Positions 20,103-30,129 of a stretch of 64,000 nucleotides of DNA are shown in pieces. Every line of letters starts with the position of its first letter. Position 1 is the first letter of the stretch. The translations under genes were made by a program, and so were the position numbers. The notes below the pieces were generated by a model. It did not search any database, was not told the DNA's origin, and saw nothing but the letters and a program-made list of their open reading frames with translations. The stretch covers positions 256,001-320,000 of IMG/VR virus record IMGVR_UViG_3300035208_004923; one strand, given 5' to 3'. The DNA is from a virus. Lineage: Duplodnaviria; Caudoviricetes.

Positions 20103-20663
20103 TTATTTTGGTTCAATTATTTCTTCTTTGTAACTTTTAAATGGAATAACATTCACACTTAATAATTTTTTAGTATTAAGGTTGCCACTTGGCAATTTTT
20201 CCAATGCAAGATGATATTTATTATATGCGTATTCTTTAACAATTTGAGACATGTCAGTATATTTTGTTGCTTTCAAGAACTTTGTTACTGTTCCTTTATT
20301 TTCAATTAAAAAACCAATTTCGTTTGCAGATTCAGATCCTTTTAATGCAAAAAAGTTAACATAATGACTTACAGATATTTCAGCGCAAAGTGCGTTTGCA
20401 ACTTCAAACACGCTTCTGAACTTTGGCGGTGGTGTACTACAAATATAATATACATTATCTCTACTTGTTGTGTATTCACCATTTTTCAAATTATTTAGAA
20501 AATATGATAAATCTTCCTTTGTTGCATTTTCTTTCATGCTATCATTTGATGCATAAAATGCAGAACCGTCTAACATACCAACCAATATAAATATTGGAGA
20601 TGGACTTGACATATCGGCACCTTCGTTTATAAAGTCATCTAGACTAGGTATTCTTTGTTTCAT
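20103..20663 (-). CDS. Leader-family protein
   Basis: MKQRIPSLDDFINEG. Confidence 0.7.
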   Translation of the reverse strand: MKQRIPSLDDFINEGADMSSPSPIFILVGMLDGSAFYASNDSMKENATKEDLSYFLNNLKNGEYTTSRDNVYYICSTPPPKFRSVFEVANALCAEISVSHYVNFFALKGSESANEIGFLIENKGTVTKFLKATKYTDMSQIVKEYAYNKYHLALEKLPSGNLNTKKLLSVNVIPFKSYKEEIIEPK

Positions 20664-20667
20664 ATTA

Positions 20668-20946
20668 TTAATTTAATTCGTCTTTTAATGCCTTTAAATT
20701 TGTTCCTCTATTATCGGCAGCGTGTACGATAACAATGCTATCTTTTATTGCAAGTAATGTACATTTATGTTTTGCAATTACGCCTTCCAATATTTCGATA
20801 TTAGTTCGGGTAACAGGTCTGTCTAGAAATATAGCTATTGCATCTGTTGCTGTTACAATATCTGCTTGTTCACGTTCAGCTTCTGATACATTGCTTACAA
20901 TTTCTTTACTGCTGAATTCTTCGATTGTTGGTATTCTCTGTTTCAT
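20668..20946 (-). CDS. Leader-family small protein
   Basis: MKQRIPTIEEF. Confidence 0.65.
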   Translation of the reverse strand: MKQRIPTIEEFSSKEIVSNVSEAEREQADIVTATDAIAIFLDRPVTRTNIEILEGVIAKHKCTLLAIKDSIVIVHAADNRGTNLKALKDELN

Positions 20947-20948
20947 AA

Positions 20949-21407
20949 TTATTTGATAAATTTAGGCATAACTGCTTTTAAGAATTTGATTATAATAGCA
21001 GGTGCATCGCTTGGTTTACTTACTTGAATTTCATAATCATTTGAACCTTTTTTGCTAAAACCAAGTTTTTTAGCAATCTTGATTGATTCTTCGGATGGAA
21101 TATCGAAAGTTGGGCCATTGCTCCAAACTGTTTGCGTTATCTCAGGAACTGCTGATTCAACATCGGCAAGAATTTGCATTCCAGTGATTTGCAATTTTTG
21201 TCCTCTATCACCCAAGTACATAAATATTTTTGATTGCGATTGGTCGCCATTATTTCCGTATATTGATATGCCAGCAAATAACGGTCCAACTACTTTTTTA
21301 AATGCAACATATGCAGGTTGTGGTTCTCTTTCAAGGTCAGCAGCTTCATTTATGTAATTTGCGTTTTCATTAATGAACTCGTCTAATGTAGGTATTCTTT
21401 GTTTCAT
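20949..21407 (-). CDS. Leader-family protein
   Basis: MKQRIPTLDEFINENANYINEA. Confidence 0.7.
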   Translation of the reverse strand: MKQRIPTLDEFINENANYINEAADLEREPQPAYVAFKKVVGPLFAGISIYGNNGDQSQSKIFMYLGDRGQKLQITGMQILADVESAVPEITQTVWSNGPTFDIPSEESIKIAKKLGFSKKGSNDYEIQVSKPSDAPAIIIKFLKAVMPKFIK

Positions 21408-21413
21408 AATAAA

Positions 21414-21668
21414 TTATTTTTTATCAGCCACGTCACTTAAAAGACCTTGATAGTCATTAAGTTTCGACAATTTTTTTTCTAAACTATCAATAGCAGATTG
21501 CGAACGTGCATTTGATATTTTATCTGTTACTATATAAATCTCTTCATCAATTATCTCTTGAATGTCTTTTATTTTTTCAATAGACATTGCATCTAATTCT
21601 TTTTCTTTATAAAAAGTTATTGAACTTTCATTGATAAATTCATCCAAACTTGGTATTCTTTGTTTCAT
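21414..21668 (-). CDS. Leader-family small protein, first gene of an 8-gene run
   Basis: MKQRIPSLDEFINES; late-type motif at ~21685. Confidence 0.7.
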   Translation of the reverse strand: MKQRIPSLDEFINESSITFYKEKELDAMSIEKIKDIQEIIDEEIYIVTDKISNARSQSAIDSLEKKLSKLNDYQGLLSDVADKK

Positions 21669-21746
21669 ACTAATTTGTTTATTTTATATATTCATAAATT
21701 AAAGCATAAAAAAAAAACGGAACTTTACGCTCCGTTTCAATTTAAC

Positions 21747-22610
21747 TTATATAGTTCTTATGCCTTTAACTTTTATATTGCCTTGTGGGTCTCGTATTAC
21801 ATATTGTTTTTTTCCAACAAACATACCTTGATATCCAGGTTCTACATCAAACGAATGATACGTATAATCAGCGCCACGCATAGTTGCAAAAAATCTTTCA
21901 TTAATTTCATTAAAATTATTGAAATATATCGTGTCAGTATCAATATAAACGTAATGGCCTGGGAATATTTGTTCAGCTTTATGTAATATTCTATTTACGT
22001 TAAACGGTATTCTGTCTGCATTGAAACTGTTAAATTTTAAAGGTGACTTATTGCTAGCAATCATACCGAATACGTAATTTATAAATATCTTTAAAACTAA
22101 ATTTGCATTAGAATAATCTTGATTATTTTCGATTTGTGCATGTTTCAATTCTATTCGCAAATCTTTTGCTCTTGAAAAAATTGAATGAAAATTTGAATGC
22201 GTACATATTGAACTATTTGATAATTTTAGTATTTCTGTTGGATATGCAGATACTATACTAACAGCAGTTAAATTTGTTGCCCATTTATTTGCAAAATTGC
22301 TGTTTACAACAACTGTACCTGGGATGAATGATTCTTTGTTTGTGTAAATTACATTCATGTTATAATCAATCTCTGGCATTGTTGGCACATCACCATGTAA
22401 AAAATGTAATAAAGAATAAACAAAATACCAGACTTCAATCTTATTTTCGATTTCAAGTAGTTCTTTATTGTTTAATACGTTTAATAGATTATCAACAGTT
22501 CGTATCGGTGGATTACTTTGCCATGTTTTAATTGCTCTTTGTAAACCGTTGTTGAATGATTCTGCATACAATGCTGCATCGTTTGGAAATGATTGTTTTA
22601 CTTTTGTCAT
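21747..22610 (-). CDS. Short family-B DNA polymerase palm-like protein, degenerate
   Basis: SIVSAYP (motif A lacking Asp), KIFINYVFG (motif B), YIDTDT (motif C), KKQY..KVKG. Confidence 0.7.
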   Translation of the reverse strand: MTKVKQSFPNDAALYAESFNNGLQRAIKTWQSNPPIRTVDNLLNVLNNKELLEIENKIEVWYFVYSLLHFLHGDVPTMPEIDYNMNVIYTNKESFIPGTVVVNSNFANKWATNLTAVSIVSAYPTEILKLSNSSICTHSNFHSIFSRAKDLRIELKHAQIENNQDYSNANLVLKIFINYVFGMIASNKSPLKFNSFNADRIPFNVNRILHKAEQIFPGHYVYIDTDTIYFNNFNEINERFFATMRGADYTYHSFDVEPGYQGMFVGKKQYVIRDPQGNIKVKGIRTI

Positions 22611-22798
22611 TGAAGTTATCGTTTTAGTTACTTATTTGAAATTATCGCAGTATAAATCAATTGAAGTTATCGACTTGATTTTTTATTTGTTTAATTTATA
22701 TACAGGAAAAGATAAAAGTTTTACTTCAATATAACGCATAAAAAAAGGGAACCGAAGTTCCCTTTTTGAATTATATGTTAATTTAATTAATCCTAAGA

Positions 22799-24508
22799 TT
22801 ATACTAAACCTCCAGCTGGAGTAGCAACGAAGAATGTGAAATACATTGTTTCTGGGTGGAAACCTGCTTCAACAAGAGCGTAACGAGATTTAACGGCAAC
22901 TTTCGGAGTCATTGTACCTTCAGCAATTGTTTGGATAGTTTCAGCCATCAAGTAAGGCATGTATTTTAATCCTGGTTCTTCATCAGCACCTTTACGTCCT
23001 ACTAATACACGAGTATCAGACCAAGACATGTTAGGGTCAACATATACAGTCATACCTGCAACAGCACCTACTGGGTAAAGTGAACCGTTGTTTTGGTTGA
23101 TTGTATTTGCCATTGGAGCAAATGTGAATTGTGCAGAATCTTGTAAGATTGTAGCGATTTGAAGGTTTGTAACAATGAAGTTAGCAGGACCTCTACGACC
23201 TCTTTGAGAGATTACGTTACCACCAGCAAGAATTCTTGAGAAAACTCTACGTTGAACAGTCCATTGGTTTTCAAATGCTGCAGAAGGATTAGCTCCAGCG
23301 AACAATGACATAACAGGAACAGACATTGTAGTAGTTGCACCGTCTTTATTGTTGAATGTTTGGTAAGTTGTACTAGCACTTGGGTCAGTTTGCAAGTTGA
23401 AGTTTTGACCTTCTACTTCAGCAAATGTATTGTGGTTAGTCCATCCTAAAGCAAACGCTCTTGATAAGATGTGTTTGTTGATTGATTGAGATACTTCGTT
23501 CACTAATGAATTTTCAACCATACCTACAACATCGATACCGAATTGACGGTTAAGATCTTGTATTTGTTCAGTTGTTACAGTAGCAGCAGCTTGGTAAGTT
23601 TCAGCTTCAACGAACTTAGTGAATGTTTGAAGACCCATAGTTCTGTAGTAAGTTTGTTCACCAATACCTCTTCTCATTGGTTCTGGGTTAGAAGCACCAT
23701 TTGCATAGTTTCCAGTCCAAGCATCACCATCTTGAGCACCAGCACCAGTATATCCTTGGATATGATCTTCTAAAGCTTTCACTAAAGAAGCAGTTGCAGT
23801 ACAAGGTGTAGCAGCAGGAGAACCATCAGAATCAATTGTAAATGCAGATCCAGTGTTGAATACATCAGCAACTAATAAATGAGGAGTTGAGATAGAAGCA
23901 GTTTGCCAAGCAGAACCGATTTTATATTTTTCGCCAGATTTAAGAGCACGGAAGATTTTGTATGCATCGATACGAGATTTACCAATATAGATTAACTCTA
24001 AGTTGTTTGATCCTGAAGTTGCAACATATTTAGTACCTACTGTGTAAGAACCACCGATGTTAACTTTAATCATTGTTGGGTTTTCTGCGTTTGCATCAGA
24101 TGGGTCGTTTGGTAATTTACCACCAGCATAAACGTAGTCAAGGTAAGTTAATACTCCTGAAGGACCGTTCATTGGAATTACAGGTACAATATCAAAACCG
24201 ATTGTTCTAGCACCAACTTGGATTGCAAGAGGTAAAAGAGAAGGGAATTTGTCACCTGAACCAGTTGCAGCGCTATGGAAAGCAGCACCACCAGCAACTT
24301 GACCTGTAGCCACGTTACCCATACCTGGAGTGTTTTGTAAAGATGCAGCAGGCCATGCCCATCCGCCTACGAAAGAAGATTCATTCAAAGCGTGGAAGTG
24401 GCAATATTTTGATAACCAAGCAAGTTTACTTTTGTCTGTAATTTGCGTTTTTTCTTCTACGATTGGTGCCCATTCTTCGAAAATTTGTTTTTCGTTTAAA
24501 AGTTTCAT
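22799..24508 (-). CDS. gp23: Major capsid protein, T4 gp23-like (probable start MKLLNE at 24508)
   Basis: IVPVIPMNGPSG, QIQDL, RGRRGPANFIV, YMPY, PKVAVKSRYAL; strongly biased codon usage; terminator at 22740-22767. Confidence 0.93.
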   Translation of the reverse strand: MKLLNEKQIFEEWAPIVEEKTQITDKSKLAWLSKYCHFHALNESSFVGGWAWPAASLQNTPGMGNVATGQVAGGAAFHSAATGSGDKFPSLLPLAIQVGARTIGFDIVPVIPMNGPSGVLTYLDYVYAGGKLPNDPSDANAENPTMIKVNIGGSYTVGTKYVATSGSNNLELIYIGKSRIDAYKIFRALKSGEKYKIGSAWQTASISTPHLLVADVFNTGSAFTIDSDGSPAATPCTATASLVKALEDHIQGYTGAGAQDGDAWTGNYANGASNPEPMRRGIGEQTYYRTMGLQTFTKFVEAETYQAAATVTTEQIQDLNRQFGIDVVGMVENSLVNEVSQSINKHILSRAFALGWTNHNTFAEVEGQNFNLQTDPSASTTYQTFNNKDGATTTMSVPVMSLFAGANPSAAFENQWTVQRRVFSRILAGGNVISQRGRRGPANFIVTNLQIATILQDSAQFTFAPMANTINQNNGSLYPVGAVAGMTVYVDPNMSWSDTRVLVGRKGADEEPGLKYMPYLMAETIQTIAEGTMTPKVAVKSRYALVEAGFHPETMYFTFFVATPAGGLV

Positions 24509-24539
24509 TTTATTGAATTTTTTTATTTTAATGTTTGTT

Positions 24540-26591
24540 TTATCTGTTGAATCTATCAAGATTTGCTTTTACGCTTTCCATATAGCTTTTGCTATATCCA
24601 CGTTGTGCAGCTCCAGTTTCTTCAACAATTTGAGCATTTGCTGATTCGTTCAGCGTACCGTTGCCTTCAACTTTATGCAATCCACGAGTTTGCCAGAAAT
24701 TGATTACTTGTCGTTCAGTATTCAATGGGTACAATTTCGATTGTGAAGCAATTTGATTCTTTGCAGATTCAGTTAGAGATTCCCAAGTTGCTTTGTACTC
24801 CTCAGGCATTTTTTCTAACCATAGGTCAGATTTTGGTGCTAGAGATTGAGTTGCTGCTCTTTCAAGTAAAGCAGTCATTTCTTCTTTACTTTTGTGGTTG
24901 TTTTCATTGATAGACGATGCAATCTGTTGTTTTTGAATGTCTGTAAAAGAAATAAATTTCTTAACTTGTTCGCCATCTAAATTCTTTAAGAAAGGATAAT
25001 TTTCAATGTGTTCATTGATTGGATTCATCTTTTGTGTTTGGATAGATTCCAATAAGTTGTCAATTTTGCTTCCTAAAGAAGTATATTTACTTAATATGTT
25101 TTCTTTTTCATTAACAACAGCTTCATTAACAATTGGAGCAGTTGTGTTTGTTTTTACGCTTTCAGAAATTGCTTCAGCAAAACCTGCAACGTTTTCAAGA
25201 TCTTCACGAGTTGCAGCATTTTCACCTAAGTAATCAGCGTATACGTGAACTTCGTTTGTTTTCTCCATGATATAATCTTGGTAGTTCCATAAGTGATTAA
25301 TTTTTTCAGTAATTACTTCTTGGATATAAGATTGTGTTTCATGTAATTCTTTTGCTAAAACTTCTTCAGCATAATTTAAACCGTAATTTGCTTGTTCTGC
25401 AATTTTCTCAGAGTAAGCAATATTTTTTTCAAGTAACGGTCTAATTTTATCGTTTAAATAACCAGCAACATAATTATGATCTTCAGCAATTTTTTCAGTG
25501 TATGCAGCAACATGATTATGATCTTCTGCAATACGTTGTGTATAATCTGCTAACCAGTTATGATCTTCACCAATCAATTCAACATAATTAATTGTATCAG
25601 AAACATATTTAGAAAGTTCATTAGAATATTTCTTGATTGTAACAATTTCACCTTCAAGAACTTTAATTCTTTCATTTGTTTCATCGGTTGTAGATTCTTG
25701 TGGCTTAACAGATAAAGATTCCATTTTCTTAGTCATTTCAGCGATTGCCGATTCAAACTTTTCCATTTGTTCTTTAACATGTAAAGAATACTTGTACATA
25801 TCTTCAGCCGTAACAGTATTATTATTTTTTTCCATGCTTGATGAATTATTTTTATTATATATTGCTTCATTCAATGCATTTTTTTCAACTTGTGCATTTT
25901 GGGTTGAAGCAGGTTTTGTTTTCTTTGTTAAACTAAAATCATATATACTAAAATCAGCACCTTCAATTAATAAATCAGGATACTTATCAGTCACATCGTA
26001 TAAATTAATGCCATCAGCACCATTGAATCCTAATTCTTTATTTAATGAAGGTAATTCAGTTTCCATTACTAATCCTGAACAGATAGATTCGTATACACGT
26101 TCCATTTCAGCATTATCGCCAAATCCGCCATCCGCAACTAAATCATAAGTGAAGATTCTTTTGATTTTAACTTCTTTGTTTTCTTTAACAACACCTGCAG
26201 CTCTAGATGAAATACTAATAGGGAAACCTGAATCAACAAGTTTTCTAGCATTTAAACCAGCAGGGTCAGTATCTAATAATCGAATACGTCCTTTAAGTGT
26301 ACGTGTTTCTTTATCATACCAAATTTTTTCAACAAGATGTGAAATGTTTGCAAGACTTACATCGAATTTTTCAGGATGATCTAATTCACCAGCTAATTTA
26401 TTTCTTTTGATTTTTTCTTGTAAATATTCCAAGTGTGGCATGTATTCGTCTTCTTCGTAAATTCTATGATTTACGTTTTCTTTACCGAATACACAAAAAA
26501 TTCCTTCAAGAATATAATTGTCTTTATCAACAACTTTAAATTCATGACCAGATTTTTCAGTTAATAAAAATACCTTAGCGTTTTTTGACAT
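24540..26591 (-). CDS. gp21: Prohead protease (gp21-like) fused to a long coiled-coil scaffold (gp22-like)
   Basis: LEGIF..ENVNHRIY, GELDHP, SHLV, ISSRAAG, TYDLVADGGF; C-terminal helical region with 14-aa EDHN repeats. Confidence 0.88.
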   Translation of the reverse strand: MSKNAKVFLLTEKSGHEFKVVDKDNYILEGIFCVFGKENVNHRIYEEDEYMPHLEYLQEKIKRNKLAGELDHPEKFDVSLANISHLVEKIWYDKETRTLKGRIRLLDTDPAGLNARKLVDSGFPISISSRAAGVVKENKEVKIKRIFTYDLVADGGFGDNAEMERVYESICSGLVMETELPSLNKELGFNGADGINLYDVTDKYPDLLIEGADFSIYDFSLTKKTKPASTQNAQVEKNALNEAIYNKNNSSSMEKNNNTVTAEDMYKYSLHVKEQMEKFESAIAEMTKKMESLSVKPQESTTDETNERIKVLEGEIVTIKKYSNELSKYVSDTINYVELIGEDHNWLADYTQRIAEDHNHVAAYTEKIAEDHNYVAGYLNDKIRPLLEKNIAYSEKIAEQANYGLNYAEEVLAKELHETQSYIQEVITEKINHLWNYQDYIMEKTNEVHVYADYLGENAATREDLENVAGFAEAISESVKTNTTAPIVNEAVVNEKENILSKYTSLGSKIDNLLESIQTQKMNPINEHIENYPFLKNLDGEQVKKFISFTDIQKQQIASSINENNHKSKEEMTALLERAATQSLAPKSDLWLEKMPEEYKATWESLTESAKNQIASQSKLYPLNTERQVINFWQTRGLHKVEGNGTLNESANAQIVEETGAAQRGYSKSYMESVKANLDRFNR

Positions 26592-26613
26592 GTGATATAT
26601 GTTTTTATTTTAT

Positions 26614-26626
26614 TTTATATATTCAT
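26614..26626 (-). promoter_or_regulatory. Class III (putative late) promoter TGAATATATAA, representative
   Basis: Exact or near copies precede head, leader-family, endonuclease and lysin genes: ~1711, 9962, 12200, 16854, 21685, 26616, 30642, 33242, 36764, 38243, 55900(+). Confidence 0.75.
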
Positions 26627-26641
26627 TTAATTTTGAAGCTT

Positions 26642-26932
26642 TTATGTAAGTCTAACAGGATTTTCGATACATCCAATAATAGAGCACGAATCATTTTCGT
26701 CAGAATACTTTATTTTTGCAATTGCAAAATTATATATGCCACCAGTTACAAAACAATCTTTCGGTATTTCAATTCCTTCTGTTGGATTGTTCAATAAGTA
26801 CAATGTTAAATTACCTTTTAATTCTTTTGTTGCCATTATACCTGTAATGTATCTGCTGTGTTGGTCCAAACCACCCTTACCTGGCGTATAATCAATATCG
26901 TGTTTGATTGGTACAATTTTAGTATATACCAT
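26642..26932 (-). CDS. Hypothetical protein
   Basis: 96-aa ORF adjacent to the head genes. Confidence 0.45.
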   Translation of the reverse strand: MVYTKIVPIKHDIDYTPGKGGLDQHSRYITGIMATKELKGNLTLYLLNNPTEGIEIPKDCFVTGGIYNFAIAKIKYSDENDSCSIIGCIENPVRLT

Positions 26933-26933
26933 G

Positions 26934-27230
26934 TTATCGTTTTTTAAATTTATAAATCAAATATATTAATGCGGAAATAATTAAAACTTCGTTAAAATAT
27001 TCCAATAAGTTTGCGCTATTAAAATTAATGTTATGAAACATTGCAAAAAATTCGCCGATTGCGTAAAGAAGAGAGAAAAGAATAGTAACTTTAAGAAAAT
27101 TGATAACTTGCATACGTGTTAAACATATCATAGCTTTAACATTTTGTTTAAATCTTATGTATGTTTTAATAGACTTTAATAATAAGAAAAATGATAAACC
27201 GATTAATAAAATATGCAATGCTGTGTTCAT
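26934..27230 (-). CDS. Small multi-pass membrane protein
   Basis: Three hydrophobic segments, basic C-terminus. Confidence 0.5.
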   Translation of the reverse strand: MNTALHILLIGLSFFLLLKSIKTYIRFKQNVKAMICLTRMQVINFLKVTILFSLLYAIGEFFAMFHNINFNSANLLEYFNEVLIISALIYLIYKFKKR

Positions 27231-27775
27231 TATTTTGATTTTTTTTCAATGTATTGACGTGTTTCGTTTATATACGCCGCATACTCATTATTTAACATGC
27301 CAATTATATCTTTTGGATTGTAACCATGAATTAGATTTACGTAAAGATCTTGTGATATTTCAATGTAATTTATATGATTTTCCATGTATTCGTGTAAATG
27401 AACATTTCGATATTTAAGTTTACTTAAAACCGTAATATCTCTATCATATAAATTCTTTGTTATGATTTCCAAATTGCTTTTTATCAATTCTTGTCTTGCA
27501 GGGTCTTTAATATTATTCTCTGTATGAATTCGCATTATTGTTTCAATCAATGTAAACTTGGTTAACATGTATTGTGCTTCTATAATGTCGTACGAAGATT
27601 GTAATGTAAGATTGTTTGTATTCTCATCGTATAGAACTTTGTAAATCTTATCCAACGTTTTTGTTTGTCGAATAAACATAATCATGAATGCACTTAAGAA
27701 CACCACAATGATTAATGCGACAAATCCCAACTTCAAATATAATTCTCCCAATGTTCCTAGCGTATATGCATTCAT
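27230..27775 (-). CDS. Single-TM membrane protein (holin-like topology possible)
   Basis: N-terminal LGFVALIIVVFLSAFMIMFI followed by a soluble domain. Confidence 0.45.
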   Translation of the reverse strand: MNAYTLGTLGELYLKLGFVALIIVVFLSAFMIMFIRQTKTLDKIYKVLYDENTNNLTLQSSYDIIEAQYMLTKFTLIETIMRIHTENNIKDPARQELIKSNLEIITKNLYDRDITVLSKLKYRNVHLHEYMENHINYIEISQDLYVNLIHGYNPKDIIGMLNNEYAAYINETRQYIEKKSK

Positions 27776-27872
27776 TAAATTGTGTTATTTTACGTATAGA
27801 ATCACAATGTGATTGTTTAATTATATATTACATTCAAAAATGAACATTATTGAAGAATATAATGGTTTAGGA

Positions 27873-28271
27873 CTATTTATATGTGTATGCAGCCAAACTT
27901 TTACCATATTTATCTGCAAATTCTGGCAACTTTGCATTTGGACATGAATCAATAATTTCTAATGGTTTTCCTTCAAACATTGGACGGTCGGATTGGTCTG
28001 CTTTAAATGATTGCGTTCCGCCTATGGGTTTCATTGATTTTTTTCCTGCCGTGAATACAACTATTGTTTTGATAATGTTTCCGTTGTAATCTTTATTTGC
28101 CCATATTTCAGCTGTTCCATCAGGCCATGTTTCATACACGTTGAAATATTTTGATGAACCGGTTTTGAGATTTAATGTTCCGATTGATGCAACAGCAGCA
28201 CCAGAATTATAACGTCTGTTATTGTTTGCTTCATTGATAAATTCATCTAATGATGGTATTCTTCTTTCCAT
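27873..28271 (-). CDS. Leader-family protein
   Basis: MERRIPSLDEFINEA. Confidence 0.7.
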   Translation of the reverse strand: MERRIPSLDEFINEANNNRRYNSGAAVASIGTLNLKTGSSKYFNVYETWPDGTAEIWANKDYNGNIIKTIVVFTAGKKSMKPIGGTQSFKADQSDRPMFEGKPLEIIDSCPNAKLPEFADKYGKSLAAYTYK

Positions 28272-28436
28272 AATATTTATATTTTTATTTTATATATTTC
28301 CTGGAAAAAAAGCATAAAAAAACGGATTACCTCTTTCGAAGTAATCCGTAATTTTTTTGGAGCCGAATGAATTGTTCGGCAACTCCACCACTTTGTTTAA
28401 TATTTTATGCGGTAAAACAAAGAAACCGCCTTTTCT

Positions 28437-29162
28437 TTAATAATATTTTACAATCTGTTGATTTCCGTTATATACTTCGTCAGCTAATTGCTTTAATTTA
28501 TCGTTTATATTTTGAGTAAAAACATTTTCAGATATGCGAATAAGCCTATACGAATTAAGTATACACCATTTTTCTAATGCCGCATCTTTATCTTGTTTTT
28601 CTTTTAATTGATTATGAATGTTTTTAAAATGCCATATGCCATCGTATTCGATGCATACCTTTAATTTATTTGAATATAAATCTCGAGATATCCTATATTC
28701 ATCAATATTTAAGTTTCCGCCAAATGTCCAATTATCGTCAGGATATTCAGATTTAAAAAAATCTCGTATAATTAATTCATTTTTTGATGAAAACCTTTTA
28801 TTTTTTAAATGACTACTTGTTGTTAATTGCAAATTGCTATTAGTTTTCCACGCTTGCTTTAAACTTAAGCTCATCTTATTACGAGTTTCTATTGAATGAT
28901 TTCGTGTATTGCTACATGAAACTGAACAATAATACTTTTCTTTGCATTTATTTTCATGCTCTTTTATCGAAAATGATTTCCCACAAATATGGCACGAAAC
29001 GATTTTTTCTATAATTTCGCCATTAATCTTTTTATACCGATTAATGGCGTTTTCTTTATTTTTTGCAATGCTTGCAATATTGTCTTTATGCGCCCACCGT
29101 ATATGATTTGCGTATAATGAATGATTTTCAAATCCCATTCCGCAAGTTTCACATTTTTTCAT
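28437..29162 (-). CDS. Zn-finger + PD-(D/E)xK/Vsr-like free-standing endonuclease
   Basis: CETC..HIRWAH, CHIC..YCSVSC, RDLY..IEYDGIWH..KD..LIRI. Confidence 0.75.
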   Translation of the reverse strand: MKKCETCGMGFENHSLYANHIRWAHKDNIASIAKNKENAINRYKKINGEIIEKIVSCHICGKSFSIKEHENKCKEKYYCSVSCSNTRNHSIETRNKMSLSLKQAWKTNSNLQLTTSSHLKNKRFSSKNELIIRDFFKSEYPDDNWTFGGNLNIDEYRISRDLYSNKLKVCIEYDGIWHFKNIHNQLKEKQDKDAALEKWCILNSYRLIRISENVFTQNINDKLKQLADEVYNGNQQIVKYY

Positions 29163-29247
29163 AACATATTTTATTTATCAAATTGGATGTGAAAGAACTC
29201 GAACTAATAAATAAAACGGTTGCCTACTGTTGTAAGCAACCGTTTTG

Positions 29248-29906
29248 TGGAGGTGCGGGGATTCGCAAATGTTATCAATATGTTTCCATATTGTTCAGAC
29301 TATATCATCAACTGATTAATAACGATTAATCAGTGTCGGGCGCTTTATCCTGTTATTAAGGAAACTGTATTCCTCAGGTAGTCGTTGAACCTTCACAAAT
29401 TGTAATTTGCGCTTGGCTGCTGATTGGCATATTCAATTGAACTTAGCGTTCCAGCAATTCACCCGATTTATTTTTACTTGGTGTCACCACCAAGGGGGTC
29501 CAATTCCCATTTAAACCCCGGTCCTAGCAAACGAGCCAAAAGCTCTCTACGTGCGTGTGTTATTTTTGGTATTCGACAATTTCATCAATGAGAATAACCT
29601 GAAACTCGATGAATTGGTTTTAACAACAAAAAGTCATATACAAAATGATGTTGTTATCACATTAAGATATGTTACCAAATTGTTTGAAACCCACATATGA
29701 TTGCGTTAGGTAAATTGCAATCGAAGGTTGCTCTTTGCTTAATCTGATTAAGCAGCCATTAGCATTGACTCTCTTTCGAAAGTTGCTATTGAACGAAGTG
29801 CATTGTTAATAGTTTTGCCTATTATGGTTTTGTACGATATATGATTAGTACAATCATCAGCACGCGAACTTCGAACACTGAAAGCAGTCAAAAGCCGGTC
29901 ACCCCC
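29248..29906 (-). ncRNA. ssrA: tmRNA interrupted by a group I intron
   Basis: 5' GGGGGTGACCGGCTTTTGAC; 3' CACCTCC-A forming an acceptor stem with a G3.U pair; T-arm CGGGG-TT|CGAAT-CCCCG; tag ORF 29819-29748 GKTINNALRSIATFERESMLMAA*. Confidence 0.92.
29266..29513 (-). mobile_element. Group I intron (248 nt, no ORF) in the tmRNA T-loop
   Basis: P AATTGCTGGAA, Q AATCAGCAG, R GTTCAACGACTA, S GATATAGTC; P1 pairing GGGGTT/GACCCC with U.G at the splice site; terminal G. Confidence 0.9.
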
Positions 29907-30129
29907 TTATTTGTTGTTTAATTTATATACATTAAGATTCAATAGTTTTTCTGTAATGAAAATCAATTGGTCTAGATGCAAGTGGAAGAATACTGAAACT
30001 ATCAGTAATTTTTTCTGCATCTGCAATAACTTTTTTTAATTCAATTCCTTCAGATATTATTTCGCGTTTGCTATTTAAAGCAACGTATTTCGATTCTGAA
30101 TTTTTTGGCGTAATTTTTATCGCTGTCAT

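Noticed and set aside
28357-28390. Hairpin ending CTCCACCA, resembling a tRNA/tmRNA 3' end or att site
   Set aside because: No T-loop or remaining tRNA body and no integrase; it adjoins a terminator, so function is unsupported
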